DNA of 64,000 nucleotides from Patescibacteria group bacterium (GTDB lineage Bacteria; Patescibacteriota; Doudnabacteria; UBA920): NCBI GenBank assembly GCA_013387205.1, contig WARV01000010.1, positions 765 to 64,764 of the forward strand, read 5' to 3'. Shown piece by piece: positions 55,013 to 64,000 of this stretch (position 1 is its first letter; each line of letters starts with the position of its first letter). The notes under the pieces were generated by a model. It saw only the letters and a program-made list of their open reading frames with translations, ran no database searches and was not told where the DNA came from. The position numbers and the translations under genes were made by a program.

Positions 55013-57289
55013 ATGAGTAAACCGTTAATCATAGTTGAATCACCTACCAAAGCGAAAACCATTTCGCGTTTTTTGGCCGGCCAATATGCGGTGGAAGCCA
55101 GCATGGGGCACGTGCGCGATTTGCCGAAAAGCAAACTGTCTATAGATGTCGAGCATGATTTTGAACCCACTTATATTATCCCGCCTAAAGCCAAAGAAAC
55201 CATATCCAAGCTGAAAAAACTTTCCAAAGACGCGCAGGAAATCATTCTGGCAACTGACGAGGATCGTGAAGGGGAAGCGATTTCCTGGCATTTGGTGCAG
55301 GCCTTAGGCCTTGGCAATGAGACTGACATAAAAAACGGGCAGGAAGACAGGCGCATCAAGCGCATTGTTTTCCACGAAATCACCAAACAGGCCATTGAAG
55401 AAGCCATGAAGAACCCGCGCGACATAGACTTGCATTTGGTTGACGCCCAGCAAGCCAGGCGCGTTTTAGACCGCCTTGTCGGTTATGAATTGTCCCCGTT
55501 CTTGTGGAGGAAAATTAGGTATGGTTTGTCTGCCGGGCGCGTGCAGAGCGTGGCTGTCAGGCTGATTGTCGAGCGCGAGCGCGAAATTGAAAAATTCAAG
55601 GCTGAAGAATATTGGAGCATTGAAGCCAAATTGTCCAAACAGCAAAGCGATAAGGTTTTTGTTGCCAAGTTGCAAAAAATCGACGGCAAACCTGTCGGCA
55701 AAATGGATATTAAGGCCGAAGCAGAGGCAAAAACAATCGTTAGCGATTTAAACGGCGCTAAATACCAGGTTAAAGACATTACCACAAAAGAAGTGAAGCG
55801 TAACCCTGCTCCCCCGTTCACTACATCCACCCTGCAGCAGGAAGCCGCCCGCAAGTTCGGCATGTCAGCCAAACAGACCATGGTCATTGCCCAGCAATTA
55901 TACGAAGGCATCGAGCTTGGCGAGGAAGGCAGCGTAGGGCTCATCACTTACATGAGAACCGACAGCTTGAATTTGGCGCAATCGGCTTTGGAAAAAATCA
56001 AACAAGTAGTGGCGGAATCTTTCGGCAGAAATTACACCCTGGAAGTTCCACGCCATTTTACCAACCGTTCCAAAGGCGCCCAGGAAGCCCACGAAGCCAT
56101 TAGGCCGACAGATGTTACCAGAAAACCTGCTGATGTCAAAAGGTTTTTGGACCGCGGGCAATATAAAATTTACGACCTTATCTGGAAGCGCACCATTGCC
56201 TGCCAAATGGCCCAGGCCGTTTTGGAACAGACTGCGGTAGATATTGCAGCCAAAGATAAGTATGTCTTCAGGGCCAACGGGCAAACCATAAAATTTGACG
56301 GCTTCATTAGGGCATACACCGAAGGTACGGATGAAAAAGCTGAAGATGAAATTGAGGGCGTATTGCCGGAACTAAGCCTGGAAGAAATGTTGAAGCTCCA
56401 TGAATTACTGCCATTACAGCACTTTACCGAGCCGCCGGCCAGGTACACCGATGCCACCTTAATTAAGGCTTTGGAAGCCCATGGCGTTGGCCGCCCATCC
56501 ACTTACGCCCCGACCCTTTCCACCATCCAGGACCGCGATTACGTGGAAAAAATCGACAAAAAATACCGTCCGACCGAAACCGGCACTTTGGTTAATGACA
56601 TGCTCGTGGAAAATTTTCCGGAAATCGTTGATATTAATTTTACTTCGCACATTGAAGAAGAATTCGATGACATTGCCGAAGGGAAAATCGGCTGGGTGAC
56701 GGTGACCCGTGAATTTTACGATCCGTTCAAAAAACATTTAATCGAGAAAGAAGCGACCGTGGAAAAGCAAGTGGAAGTTTCCACCACTCCCTGCCCGCAC
56801 TGCGGCAAGCCGATGCTGATAAAATTCGGCCGTATGGGAAAATTCCTAGCCTGCCCGGATCCGGAAAGCAAGGTTACAATGCCCATGCCGGAAGAAGCGG
56901 CAAAAATTGCAGAACTGACCGAAAAGACCAAAGGGGAAAAATGCCCGCTTTGCGGCGGCCCCATGGAAGTAAAGCGAGGCCGCTTCGGGTTCTTCCTTGG
57001 CTGCGCCAATTACCCAAAATGCAAAGGCATCTCCAAAATTTGGAACAAAACCGGCTTTAAATGCCCTGCGTGTCTTGCATCAGAAGGACGCAAAGATAAC
57101 CCGGGCGATGTTGCGGAAAAGAAATCCCGCGGCCGCGGCAAGCCATTCTATGGCTGCACCAGGTATCCAGACTGCAATTTTGTCATGAACAAAAAACCAG
57201 AATCGCAAACTGACATAGACGAAGCACACAAGCAATGGCTGGCTAATCCTCCAAAACCTAAAAAAGTATTTGCAAAAAAAGTAAGCTAA
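55013..57289 (+). CDS. topA: DNA topoisomerase I
   Basis: Toprim plus Topo IA core; three C-terminal C4 zinc ribbons. Confidence 0.95.
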   Translation: MSKPLIIVESPTKAKTISRFLAGQYAVEASMGHVRDLPKSKLSIDVEHDFEPTYIIPPKAKETISKLKKLSKDAQEIILATDEDREGEAISWHLVQALGLGNETDIKNGQEDRRIKRIVFHEITKQAIEEAMKNPRDIDLHLVDAQQARRVLDRLVGYELSPFLWRKIRYGLSAGRVQSVAVRLIVEREREIEKFKAEEYWSIEAKLSKQQSDKVFVAKLQKIDGKPVGKMDIKAEAEAKTIVSDLNGAKYQVKDITTKEVKRNPAPPFTTSTLQQEAARKFGMSAKQTMVIAQQLYEGIELGEEGSVGLITYMRTDSLNLAQSALEKIKQVVAESFGRNYTLEVPRHFTNRSKGAQEAHEAIRPTDVTRKPADVKRFLDRGQYKIYDLIWKRTIACQMAQAVLEQTAVDIAAKDKYVFRANGQTIKFDGFIRAYTEGTDEKAEDEIEGVLPELSLEEMLKLHELLPLQHFTEPPARYTDATLIKALEAHGVGRPSTYAPTLSTIQDRDYVEKIDKKYRPTETGTLVNDMLVENFPEIVDINFTSHIEEEFDDIAEGKIGWVTVTREFYDPFKKHLIEKEATVEKQVEVSTTPCPHCGKPMLIKFGRMGKFLACPDPESKVTMPMPEEAAKIAELTEKTKGEKCPLCGGPMEVKRGRFGFFLGCANYPKCKGISKIWNKTGFKCPACLASEGRKDNPGDVAEKKSRGRGKPFYGCTRYPDCNFVMNKKPESQTDIDEAHKQWLANPPKPKKVFAKKVS

Positions 57290-57302
57290 AGTTTTAAAAT
57301 TT

Positions 57303-57335
57303 AAACCCGCCTCTTAAAGAGGCGGGTTTAAATTT
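57303..57335 (+). terminator. topA terminator aaacccgcctc-ttaa-agaggcgggttt
   Basis: Read directly. Confidence 0.6.
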
Positions 57336-57592
57336 CACCCCCAGCTCCTGTGGCATATATTATAGCGGCTTTGCAGGAAGGACCGATGGCTATCTAAAAA
57401 ATTTCAAAGAGGAGAAATGATCTGCAACTTATTAGACAAAAAATAAGGCGGTGCCGGTTCTATACGCATAAGCTTTAAAGCTAATAGGACCGGTTTTTTC
57501 GCATATATGCTTTTAAAAATTTTTACACAGAAAATACTCTTGACTTTAAAAAATAACAGGCGTATATATATAGTAAACAGCCAAGAGCTCTT

Positions 57593-57976
57593 ATGGAGGA
57601 AAAAGTGAGCAAAGACGGGCGCCTGAAAGTCCTGATAGTTGAAGACTGCGATGTTGTCCGAAACTTCATCAGTGCTTACTTAAGCGCTGAAAACTACCAT
57701 GTTGTAACCGCCGAAAATATTCCAGGAGCGCTGCAAGCAATCCAAGACAATAACGGCACCATTGACGCCGCAATTATAGACTTGGTGCTTCCCAAAGCCT
57801 TGCCGCCTGTAATAAACGGTGGCGATATCGCCAAAATTGTCAGGGAATCCTCTCCCAGAGCCAAAATCGTACTGACAACAGGGTTCCCCATTAACGACGA
57901 CGACCCAAGGATTCAAGGGGCGGCTTTATTACCAAAGCCTTTCACCCCAAAAGACCTGCGGACAGCTTTGCAGTAA
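57593..57976 (+). CDS. stand-alone response-regulator receiver (REC) domain protein
   Basis: LKVLIVEDCDVVR...IDLVLPK...KIVLTTGF; promoter TTGACT-17-TATATA upstream. Confidence 0.7.
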   Translation: MEEKVSKDGRLKVLIVEDCDVVRNFISAYLSAENYHVVTAENIPGALQAIQDNNGTIDAAIIDLVLPKALPPVINGGDIAKIVRESSPRAKIVLTTGFPINDDDPRIQGAALLPKPFTPKDLRTALQ

Positions 57977-58007
57977 GACGCTTTTATGCTCCTGCGTAAG
58001 CTTAAAA

Positions 58008-58048
58008 AGTCGCCAGACTCGTTCCTTCGAGTCTGGCGATACTTTTTT
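58008..58048. terminator. bidirectional terminator agtcgccagactcg-ttcctt-cgagtctggcgat plus a T-run
   Basis: Read directly. Confidence 0.6.
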
Positions 58049-58049
58049 A

Positions 58050-58748
58050 TTATAGCTTATTATTCTTTGCAAGACTTGTTATGGCACTAAGCAACCTTAC
58101 TGGGTCATCCACAACAAAATCTGGATTAAAAGCTTCCAAGGCCTGCCTGGTATTCACTCCCCAGGTGACAGCAATGGAAACCAGCCCTGCTTTTTTTGCC
58201 GCTTCCACGTCCCTGGTTTGGTCCCCTACGTATGCCGTGGTTTTAAGGTCAAGCGAATATTTTTTCACTAATTTCTTTAAAATATTCGCCTTGCCTAACC
58301 AGCTGTTTTCCGAATGGATAAAATCAAAAATCTCCGTATGGTTATTTTTCAAGAACTCTTCAATATTTTCCTTGGAATTGGAAGTAACTATTCCCATTTT
58401 TACCCCTTGAGATTTCAGCTGCTGGAGAATTTCCGGAATGCCAGGAAAAAATTTTTGGCTGGGCAGGCGCTCGTGGAATTTAGCGCGGGTTTTTTTGGCA
58501 ATAAACGGAAGTTTCCAAATGCTTATGCCTACCTCATTGAGAATGGAAGTTATATCCAAATTTCTTAGCCTGATTGCGTCTTCCGGATTTACAGCTTTGT
58601 AATTGAATTCTTCCGCATAAAAATTAATCGCCCACACCCAAGCTTCCAAAGTATCGGCTAAGGTGCTATCAAAATCAAAAATTATCCATTTATCGCTTTC
58701 CATACCCTGTAGAATTTCTTTGCAATTGTTCGCTGTTGTTACCGACAA
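58050..58748 (-). CDS. HAD-superfamily hydrolase (phosphatase/beta-phosphoglucomutase-like)
   Basis: Motif I IIFDFDSTLADT; motif IV VGDQTRDVEAAKKAG. Confidence 0.75.
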   Translation of the reverse strand: MSVTTANNCKEILQGMESDKWIIFDFDSTLADTLEAWVWAINFYAEEFNYKAVNPEDAIRLRNLDITSILNEVGISIWKLPFIAKKTRAKFHERLPSQKFFPGIPEILQQLKSQGVKMGIVTSNSKENIEEFLKNNHTEIFDFIHSENSWLGKANILKKLVKKYSLDLKTTAYVGDQTRDVEAAKKAGLVSIAVTWGVNTRQALEAFNPDFVVDDPVRLLSAITSLAKNNKL

Positions 58749-58858
58749 CGAAGATTATTGCAATTTTAGTAAATTATGATGTCCCTATAGACCACTCTAT
58801 TATTGTCCACGCTCACAACAGGAGGTTTGCAAAGAAGCTCTACAGGGCATATACATTA

Positions 58859-60112
58859 TTAATCATTTCTACTAAATATTTTCCCTTGGAATAAAATAAG
58901 GCGCATTGCCTTCCAAAACCCCAAAACATCGGAAAAATACAAGAATTTTGACATTAGTCTTATTAAATAAGGACCCAGCCCCGGCTCAAATAACGAATTT
59001 TCTTTTATCGCCCACTTGCCGCCAACGGTTAATGTCGCTTTGAAATTTTTCGGCTGGAAAGGAGCAGGCCTGCGGTTTAACATCATCCGGCTTATGGCAT
59101 AGGCAAGATATTCTCCTTGGTCCTGGGCCTGGCGCCAAAGGCTTGACGGAGAAACCTGGCAGTTTTGGGGGCAAGCCGCAAGGCTTCCGGCTGCAAAAAC
59201 ATGGTCAAAATATCTCGCGCCGCGGCTGTCCAACCCCCTAACCTGCAGATACTCATTGGTGATTATCTGGTCTTTGTTATTTACCATAACGCCTCTGGAA
59301 AAGGCCGGTATTTTATTCCTGGAACCGGCAGCCCAAATTATTGCGTCATGAGCAATTTTTTCACCGTCTTTCAACTCAACCATGCCGGGATCAATTTTGG
59401 TAATTTGCGCTAAAAATCTTGTTTTTACTCCTAATCCAGCAAGCCTGTCCAAAACCGCTTCAGATACTGGTTCCGACAACTCAGAAAGCAGCCTGTGGGA
59501 CGATTCAATAATTTCAATTTCAATTTTTTCCCTAGGGTATAAGTTTTTCCAGGCAATAATATTTAAAACCTTGGATAATTCTCCTGCCAAAGCTACCCCG
59601 CGGCAACCCCCGCCGATAATTGCAATTCGGATATTTTTTTTGAAAACATCAGACTTATGTGCTTGTACTTCGAATTCAATTTGGTTTCTTATCCTTAACG
59701 CGTCGCTCAAAGAAGAATAAGCTAAGGCATGTGTTTCGGCACCTGGAGTTTCTATTGAATCAATTTGCTTACCGACAGATAAAACCAGATAATCATAGCG
59801 GATAACCAGCCTTCCCGCGGTTACCAGTTTTTGCTCAGCGTCAACTTTAGCCATTTCCCCCTGCAAGAATTTAATCTTGCGTCCTTTAATAATTTCCGCT
59901 ATAAGAACACTTATGCTTTGCTTAACCTGGCTGGCAGAGGCAAGTTCTTCTTCGCTGCAGGCAACTTCAAAAAGATCCGGAGTGAATATGTGGTAGTTAT
60001 GCTTATCCAGCAAAACGATTTCTACGTTCTTTTTATTTTTATATTTCTTTTCCAGGGCCAAAGCAGCGCTGACACCTGCAAACCCCGCCCCGACAATGAC
60101 AATTTTGATCAT
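58859..60112 (-). CDS. FAD/NAD(P)-binding oxidoreductase (type II NADH dehydrogenase-like)
   Basis: Two Rossmann motifs IVIVGAGFAG and IAIIGGGCRG. Confidence 0.7.
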   Translation of the reverse strand: MIKIVIVGAGFAGVSAALALEKKYKNKKNVEIVLLDKHNYHIFTPDLFEVACSEEELASASQVKQSISVLIAEIIKGRKIKFLQGEMAKVDAEQKLVTAGRLVIRYDYLVLSVGKQIDSIETPGAETHALAYSSLSDALRIRNQIEFEVQAHKSDVFKKNIRIAIIGGGCRGVALAGELSKVLNIIAWKNLYPREKIEIEIIESSHRLLSELSEPVSEAVLDRLAGLGVKTRFLAQITKIDPGMVELKDGEKIAHDAIIWAAGSRNKIPAFSRGVMVNNKDQIITNEYLQVRGLDSRGARYFDHVFAAGSLAACPQNCQVSPSSLWRQAQDQGEYLAYAISRMMLNRRPAPFQPKNFKATLTVGGKWAIKENSLFEPGLGPYLIRLMSKFLYFSDVLGFWKAMRLILFQGKIFSRND

Positions 60113-60165
60113 TATATTTTTAAGATAAGTACGATAAGTACACCTACATTATAACATAAATCCAA

Positions 60166-60203
60166 ACAAAGAGACTCTTCGCTTAAGCGAAGAGTCTCTT
60201 TGT
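60166..60203 (-). terminator. family E terminator copy (acaaagagactcttcgct-taa-gcgaagagtctctttgt)
   Basis: Same 16 bp stem as 50308..50346. Confidence 0.65.
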
Positions 60204-60241
60204 AATTCCTATATTCCAGATTCTGGATTCTAAATTCTAAT

Positions 60242-61522
60242 CTATTCGTATCTAAGCGCTTCAATAGGATCAAGCTTGGCCGCACTTCTGGCCGGAAACA
60301 CCCCAAAAGCAATTCCGATAATCGCGGAAACCCCGACGCCAAGAAGTATGGCGTAAAAAGGCACGCTGAATGCCCAGGACAGCCCGGTCGCGGTTGCAAT
60401 TAGCGAAACCGTCAATCCAAGCAAAGACCCGACAGCCACGCCAATAATGCCGCCGATTATTGTCACTAAAACAGCTTCAATTAAAAATTCATTCAAAATG
60501 TCGGAAGGCTTGGCGCCCAAAGCTTTTTTTAAGCCGATTTCCGCCGTGCGTTCAGTAACCACCACATACATAATGTTCATAATCCCCACTCCGCCGACCA
60601 TGAGGGAAATAGCGGCAATGGCAATAAGCAAAAAAGTAATGCCATTGAAAATTGTATTAAAACTCTCCATGCTCTGAGCCATGGTCTGCACGGAAAAATC
60701 GTCTTTATAAGGATCGGTGATCTGGTGATTGCGGCGGACAATATCGCCGATATCAGCCGCGGTAACGTCAGCTAGTTGCGGATTTTTTACCTGGGCAATC
60801 ATATAAACCAAATAATCAATGCCGAGCATTTTCTTTTGAGCCGTATTTAGAGGTATAAATATATACTGGTCATCGCTCATCCCGCTAAAACTTCCGCGCT
60901 TGTCATAAACTCCGATTACCTCAAAATTCAAATCCCCTACCCTGATGGTTTTCCCGATTGGATCTTCCTGTCCGAACAAATCGTTGGCTATGGAATTGCC
61001 CAATATCGCCACCTGGGCCGCGGCTGAATTTTCCTGGTCAGTGTAAAACCTTCCTTCTTTTATTACTCCTTTATCTATTTCAAACCGTTCCGGCGAAGCG
61101 CCGAAGATGATGGAATTTTTTACCACATCTTTGTAACTGGCCACTTTTTGGCCAAAAACGGCGCCGTAAATATTGTTTACGTTGGGCAAGCGCCTGATTT
61201 CTTCCGCATCGCGCATTTTTAAGGTGGTAATAGCGACAGCTGACATGGCCCTGCTCATATCACTGCTTGCTGCGGAATTAGAACGGTTCTTTGTTGTAGG
61301 AGGCACGCGGGTTTCTATTATAACAGTATTTGTGCCGAACATTTCCACTTGGGAATTAATAAGGCTGCGAAAGCCCGCGCCCGCGGATAATACTAAAATC
61401 ACTGTTGCCACGCCGATAATTATTCCAAGCGTTGTCAATCCGGTCCGGACCGGATTGGCGGTTAGAGCCTTAATAGATTGTCGAAATGCTTTATACATAA
61501 TCCTAATTCCCCGAATTAACAT
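60242..61522 (-). CDS. ABC transporter permease (MacB/FtsX-like)
   Basis: N-terminal TM, periplasmic MacB_PCD-like domain, C-terminal three-TM FtsX domain. Confidence 0.8.
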   Translation of the reverse strand: MLIRGIRIMYKAFRQSIKALTANPVRTGLTTLGIIIGVATVILVLSAGAGFRSLINSQVEMFGTNTVIIETRVPPTTKNRSNSAASSDMSRAMSAVAITTLKMRDAEEIRRLPNVNNIYGAVFGQKVASYKDVVKNSIIFGASPERFEIDKGVIKEGRFYTDQENSAAAQVAILGNSIANDLFGQEDPIGKTIRVGDLNFEVIGVYDKRGSFSGMSDDQYIFIPLNTAQKKMLGIDYLVYMIAQVKNPQLADVTAADIGDIVRRNHQITDPYKDDFSVQTMAQSMESFNTIFNGITFLLIAIAAISLMVGGVGIMNIMYVVVTERTAEIGLKKALGAKPSDILNEFLIEAVLVTIIGGIIGVAVGSLLGLTVSLIATATGLSWAFSVPFYAILLGVGVSAIIGIAFGVFPARSAAKLDPIEALRYE

Positions 61523-61591
61523 CCGAATGCCCCAAATGATTCCTTCCCTATTCGGGTCATTTGGATATTATTCGGATAATTCGGATTATAT
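61501..61591 (-). promoter_or_regulatory. family D conserved structured 5' UTR element upstream of the ABC permease
   Basis: About 85% identical to 42741..42832. Confidence 0.5.
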
Positions 61592-62836
61592 TTATTCATA
61601 CCTCAGCGCGTCAATTGGGTTAAGTTTGGAAGCTTTTAGCGCCGGATATATGCCAAAAATAACGCCGGTTATAATAGAAACTCCGACTGCCAAAAAAACA
61701 GACCACCAGGAGATGACAAAAGCCCAATCCAAACCTGCAAACCTTGCCCCCAAAGCAACCAAATAAGAAACTACCGCTCCAATAATAATTCCGGCCACGC
61801 CGCCGAGCAGGGTTAAAAACCCTGACTCGAACAAAAACTGGTTACGGACAGCGCGATTAGTCGCGCCCACGGCTTTGCGCAATCCGATTTCCCGCGTGCG
61901 CTCCGCTACGGTTACCATCATGATATTTAAAATCCCAATACCGCCGACCAGCAAGGCAATGGAAGCCATTGCTATCAAAAACAATCTTAAAGCGTCAGTG
62001 ACTGTGGTAAAAATCTTAATTGCATCAGCAATATTGCGCACGGTAAAATCTTCATCTTCCGCCCTTTTTATACGGTGCCTCTCGCTAAGCACCTGCGTAA
62101 CATCGCTTATAGTCTGGTCAACATTGTCGGTACTGTCTACTTTAATAATAATGGCTTGCAGATAATTTATGCCAAGCAGCTGTTTTTGCGCGATGCTTAA
62201 AGGGATATATGCTTGCTTGTCCTGGTTTTGGAACATGAATGACCCGCGCTTGGCTACAACACCAATTACTTCAAACGGCACGCTTTTAATTTTAACCACT
62301 TGCCCGATAGGGTTAATGTCGCTGCCAAACAATTCATCCCTGACCTGCGAACCTATAACAATGACATTAGCGGCACCCCTGTCTTCTTTTTCATCTATAA
62401 ACCTGCCCTGTTCCATTGTCAGGCTGACAATATTGGTATAGGTCGATTGTACGCCCTGGTATGCCACGTCAGTATCCTTATTTTGCCAGACTACAGTATC
62501 GCTCCCCTGCACGCTGCCCATTACCCCTGAAGCATGAGGCACGCGCGACTGGTCTTTTAACGCATCAGCATCTTCTTTGGTTAAAGTCGTAACGACAATC
62601 CCGAATGCCTGCGAAGGCGGGCCTTTTTCATTGCTTTTTCCAGGCTGAACATTAAGCAGATTGGTACCTAATTTTGTAACTTGCCCGAGGACCAAGCTTT
62701 GCGCGCCAGCCCCCAAGGCAATAATAATAATCACCCCGGCTACGCCTATGACAATACCAAGGATAGTCAAAAACGACCTTCCTTTACGGGCAAGCAATGT
62801 GCGGATAACAAGTTTTATGGTACCAATAAAATTCAA
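61592..62836 (-). CDS. ABC transporter permease (MacB/FtsX-like), second copy
   Basis: Same architecture; paralogous to 60242..61522. Confidence 0.8.
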   Translation of the reverse strand: MNFIGTIKLVIRTLLARKGRSFLTILGIVIGVAGVIIIIALGAGAQSLVLGQVTKLGTNLLNVQPGKSNEKGPPSQAFGIVVTTLTKEDADALKDQSRVPHASGVMGSVQGSDTVVWQNKDTDVAYQGVQSTYTNIVSLTMEQGRFIDEKEDRGAANVIVIGSQVRDELFGSDINPIGQVVKIKSVPFEVIGVVAKRGSFMFQNQDKQAYIPLSIAQKQLLGINYLQAIIIKVDSTDNVDQTISDVTQVLSERHRIKRAEDEDFTVRNIADAIKIFTTVTDALRLFLIAMASIALLVGGIGILNIMMVTVAERTREIGLRKAVGATNRAVRNQFLFESGFLTLLGGVAGIIIGAVVSYLVALGARFAGLDWAFVISWWSVFLAVGVSIITGVIFGIYPALKASKLNPIDALRYE

Positions 62837-62842
62837 AAATTG

Positions 62843-62972
62843 ACCTAATTATTCTAATTGCTCTAATTAACCTAAATAATGTCTAATCCCCAATTTCTAA
62901 ATTTTGACATTAGGTATTGGGATTTGTTTAGTCCGCCAGCTGGCGGATTAGGTTAATTAGTATAATTAGAAA
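62843..62972. repeat. family B intergenic element
   Basis: aaattgacctaatta terminus and a ccgccagctggcgg core. Confidence 0.6.
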
Positions 62973-62973
62973 T

Positions 62974-63690
62974 TTATTTAATGAGTTCCTTGTCTGCTGC
63001 GGCAATAGTCCTGTCTTTGACTTTTTCGTCGGACACGATGTTTCCGTCGCGGATACGGATTATCCTTTTGGCGTGCTTGGCTGTGTCTGTTTCGTGGGTC
63101 ACCAAAATAATAGTTCGCCCTTCGTCGTTAAGGCGCTGTAAAATACTCATGACAGTATTGCCGGATTTGGAATCCAAATTTCCGGTCGGTTCGTCGGCAA
63201 AAATCACAGCCGGATCATTCACCAGCGCCCTGGCAATAGCCACTCTCTGTTTTTCCCCGCCGGAAATCTGGTTGGTGTAATAACTAAGCCTGTGCGACAA
63301 CCCAACTGCTTCCAAAGCTTTTTTAGCCAGTATCTCATAGTCTTTTTTCTTGCTGTAAATTAACGGCAACTTGACGTTGTCAAGCACTGTGGTGCGCGCC
63401 AATAGGTTAAACGACTGGAACACAAAACCAATGCGCTCGTTACGGAGTTCCGCCAGGTATTCATCATCAAAACTGCCTGTATCCCTGCCTTCAAACTCAT
63501 ACGTGCCGGAAGTTAAGCGGTCCAGAAAACTTAAAACGTGCATTAAGGTTGACTTGCCGCTTCCTGAAGGCCCCATAATGGCGACAAACTCCCCAGACTC
63601 AATTGAAAAAGAAACACCATGCAGGACAGAAGTCACCACATCTTCATTGACATAATCCTTAGTTAAATTTTGTACTTTTATTAGCGCCAT
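62974..63690 (-). CDS. ABC transporter ATP-binding protein (MacB/LolD-like)
   Basis: Walker A GPSGSGKST, signature LSGGEKQR, Walker B IIFADEPT. Confidence 0.9.
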   Translation of the reverse strand: MALIKVQNLTKDYVNEDVVTSVLHGVSFSIESGEFVAIMGPSGSGKSTLMHVLSFLDRLTSGTYEFEGRDTGSFDDEYLAELRNERIGFVFQSFNLLARTTVLDNVKLPLIYSKKKDYEILAKKALEAVGLSHRLSYYTNQISGGEKQRVAIARALVNDPAVIFADEPTGNLDSKSGNTVMSILQRLNDEGRTIILVTHETDTAKHAKRIIRIRDGNIVSDEKVKDRTIAAADKELIK

Positions 63691-63706
63691 ATATTTACTA
63701 ATCCTT

Positions 63707-63800
63707 CTACTAAATGTACTAAAATATCACCAAACATACTTAATTGATATCAGTACTGGTATGAGATTTAGTATATTTCGTATATTTTAGTATTTAGTAG
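63707..63800. repeat. family A palindromic element
   Basis: Termini ctactaaatgtactaa / ttagtatttagtag. Confidence 0.7.
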
Positions 63801-63806
63801 AGAATA

Positions 63807-64000
63807 TTATTTTTTAATCAACGTCACAATCTCCTGCCCTTCGCTCAGTCCCGATGTGATTTGCACCAATCCCCCGTCTGCTTCCAAGCCGGTAGTTACC
63901 GCAACCTCTTCGTAAGTTTTCTTTTTGCTGTCTTTAATTACTTTGATGAATTTTTGCCCGTCTTTCGGCAATACAGCGCGTAGCGGCACGGCCAAAACAT
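63807..64000 (-). CDS. efflux periplasmic adaptor subunit (HlyD/MacA-like), C-terminal part; gene continues beyond window
   Basis: The C-terminal beta-barrel-like tail is typical of membrane fusion proteins; it is the first gene of the ABC operon. Confidence 0.55.
   Translation of the reverse strand, partial: VLAVPLRAVLPKDGQKFIKVIKDSKKKTYEEVAVTTGLEADGGLVQITSGLSEGQEIVTLIKK

Noticed and set aside
5135-63800. CRISPR array
   Set aside because: The abundant repeats are inverted or palindromic, of several unrelated families, irregularly spaced and intergenic. No run of regularly spaced direct repeats with unique spacers was seen.

Overview
This 64 kb window comes from an AT-rich (about 40% GC), gene-dense bacterial chromosome. 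The gene content makes a small-genome Patescibacteria/CPR-like organism plausible, but that is inference. Supporting content includes:
- lamin-tail-domain surface proteins, stand-alone housekeeping genes and many DUF proteins
- groES/groEL with a perfect CIRCE operator, and metK behind a SAM riboswitch
- tkt, nusB, rpmF, rpsU, hup, fpg, relA/spoT, ndk, ppiB-like, comEC, nudix, cobO, nrdR-nrdJ, ftsA-ftsZ, hisS, lepB, LCP, der, pth, dprA, capA, topA, a MacB-type ABC operon, tRNA-Gly(UCC) and tRNA-Val(CAC)

What the gene calls do not explain:
- A compact stand-alone reverse transcriptase (37983..38969, minus) follows a consensus sigma70 promoter and a roughly 120 nt leader bracketed by perfect 11 bp inverted repeats, with a G directly after the first repeat. 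This is retron/DRT-like ncRNA architecture, and its active-site motif reads YADN rather than YADD.
- Two paralogous wHTH + PaaX_C/Cas2-like genes are each bracketed on both sides by cognate perfect 32-36 bp palindromes, with cores CGATCG versus GCGGCCGC.
- A GIY-YIG nuclease pseudogene sits between perfect 33 bp terminal inverted repeats, exactly at the cobO start codon.
- GC-rich palindromic mini-elements are inserted in frame within transketolase (four sites), a membrane glycosyltransferase-like protein, Fpg and a small membrane protein, reminiscent of Rickettsia palindromic elements.
- At least five families of long hairpin-forming intergenic repeats fill most intergenic space, including the groES-groEL intercistronic gap.
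- Three isolated GC-rich orphan ORFs and two small tandem-peptide cassettes are present.
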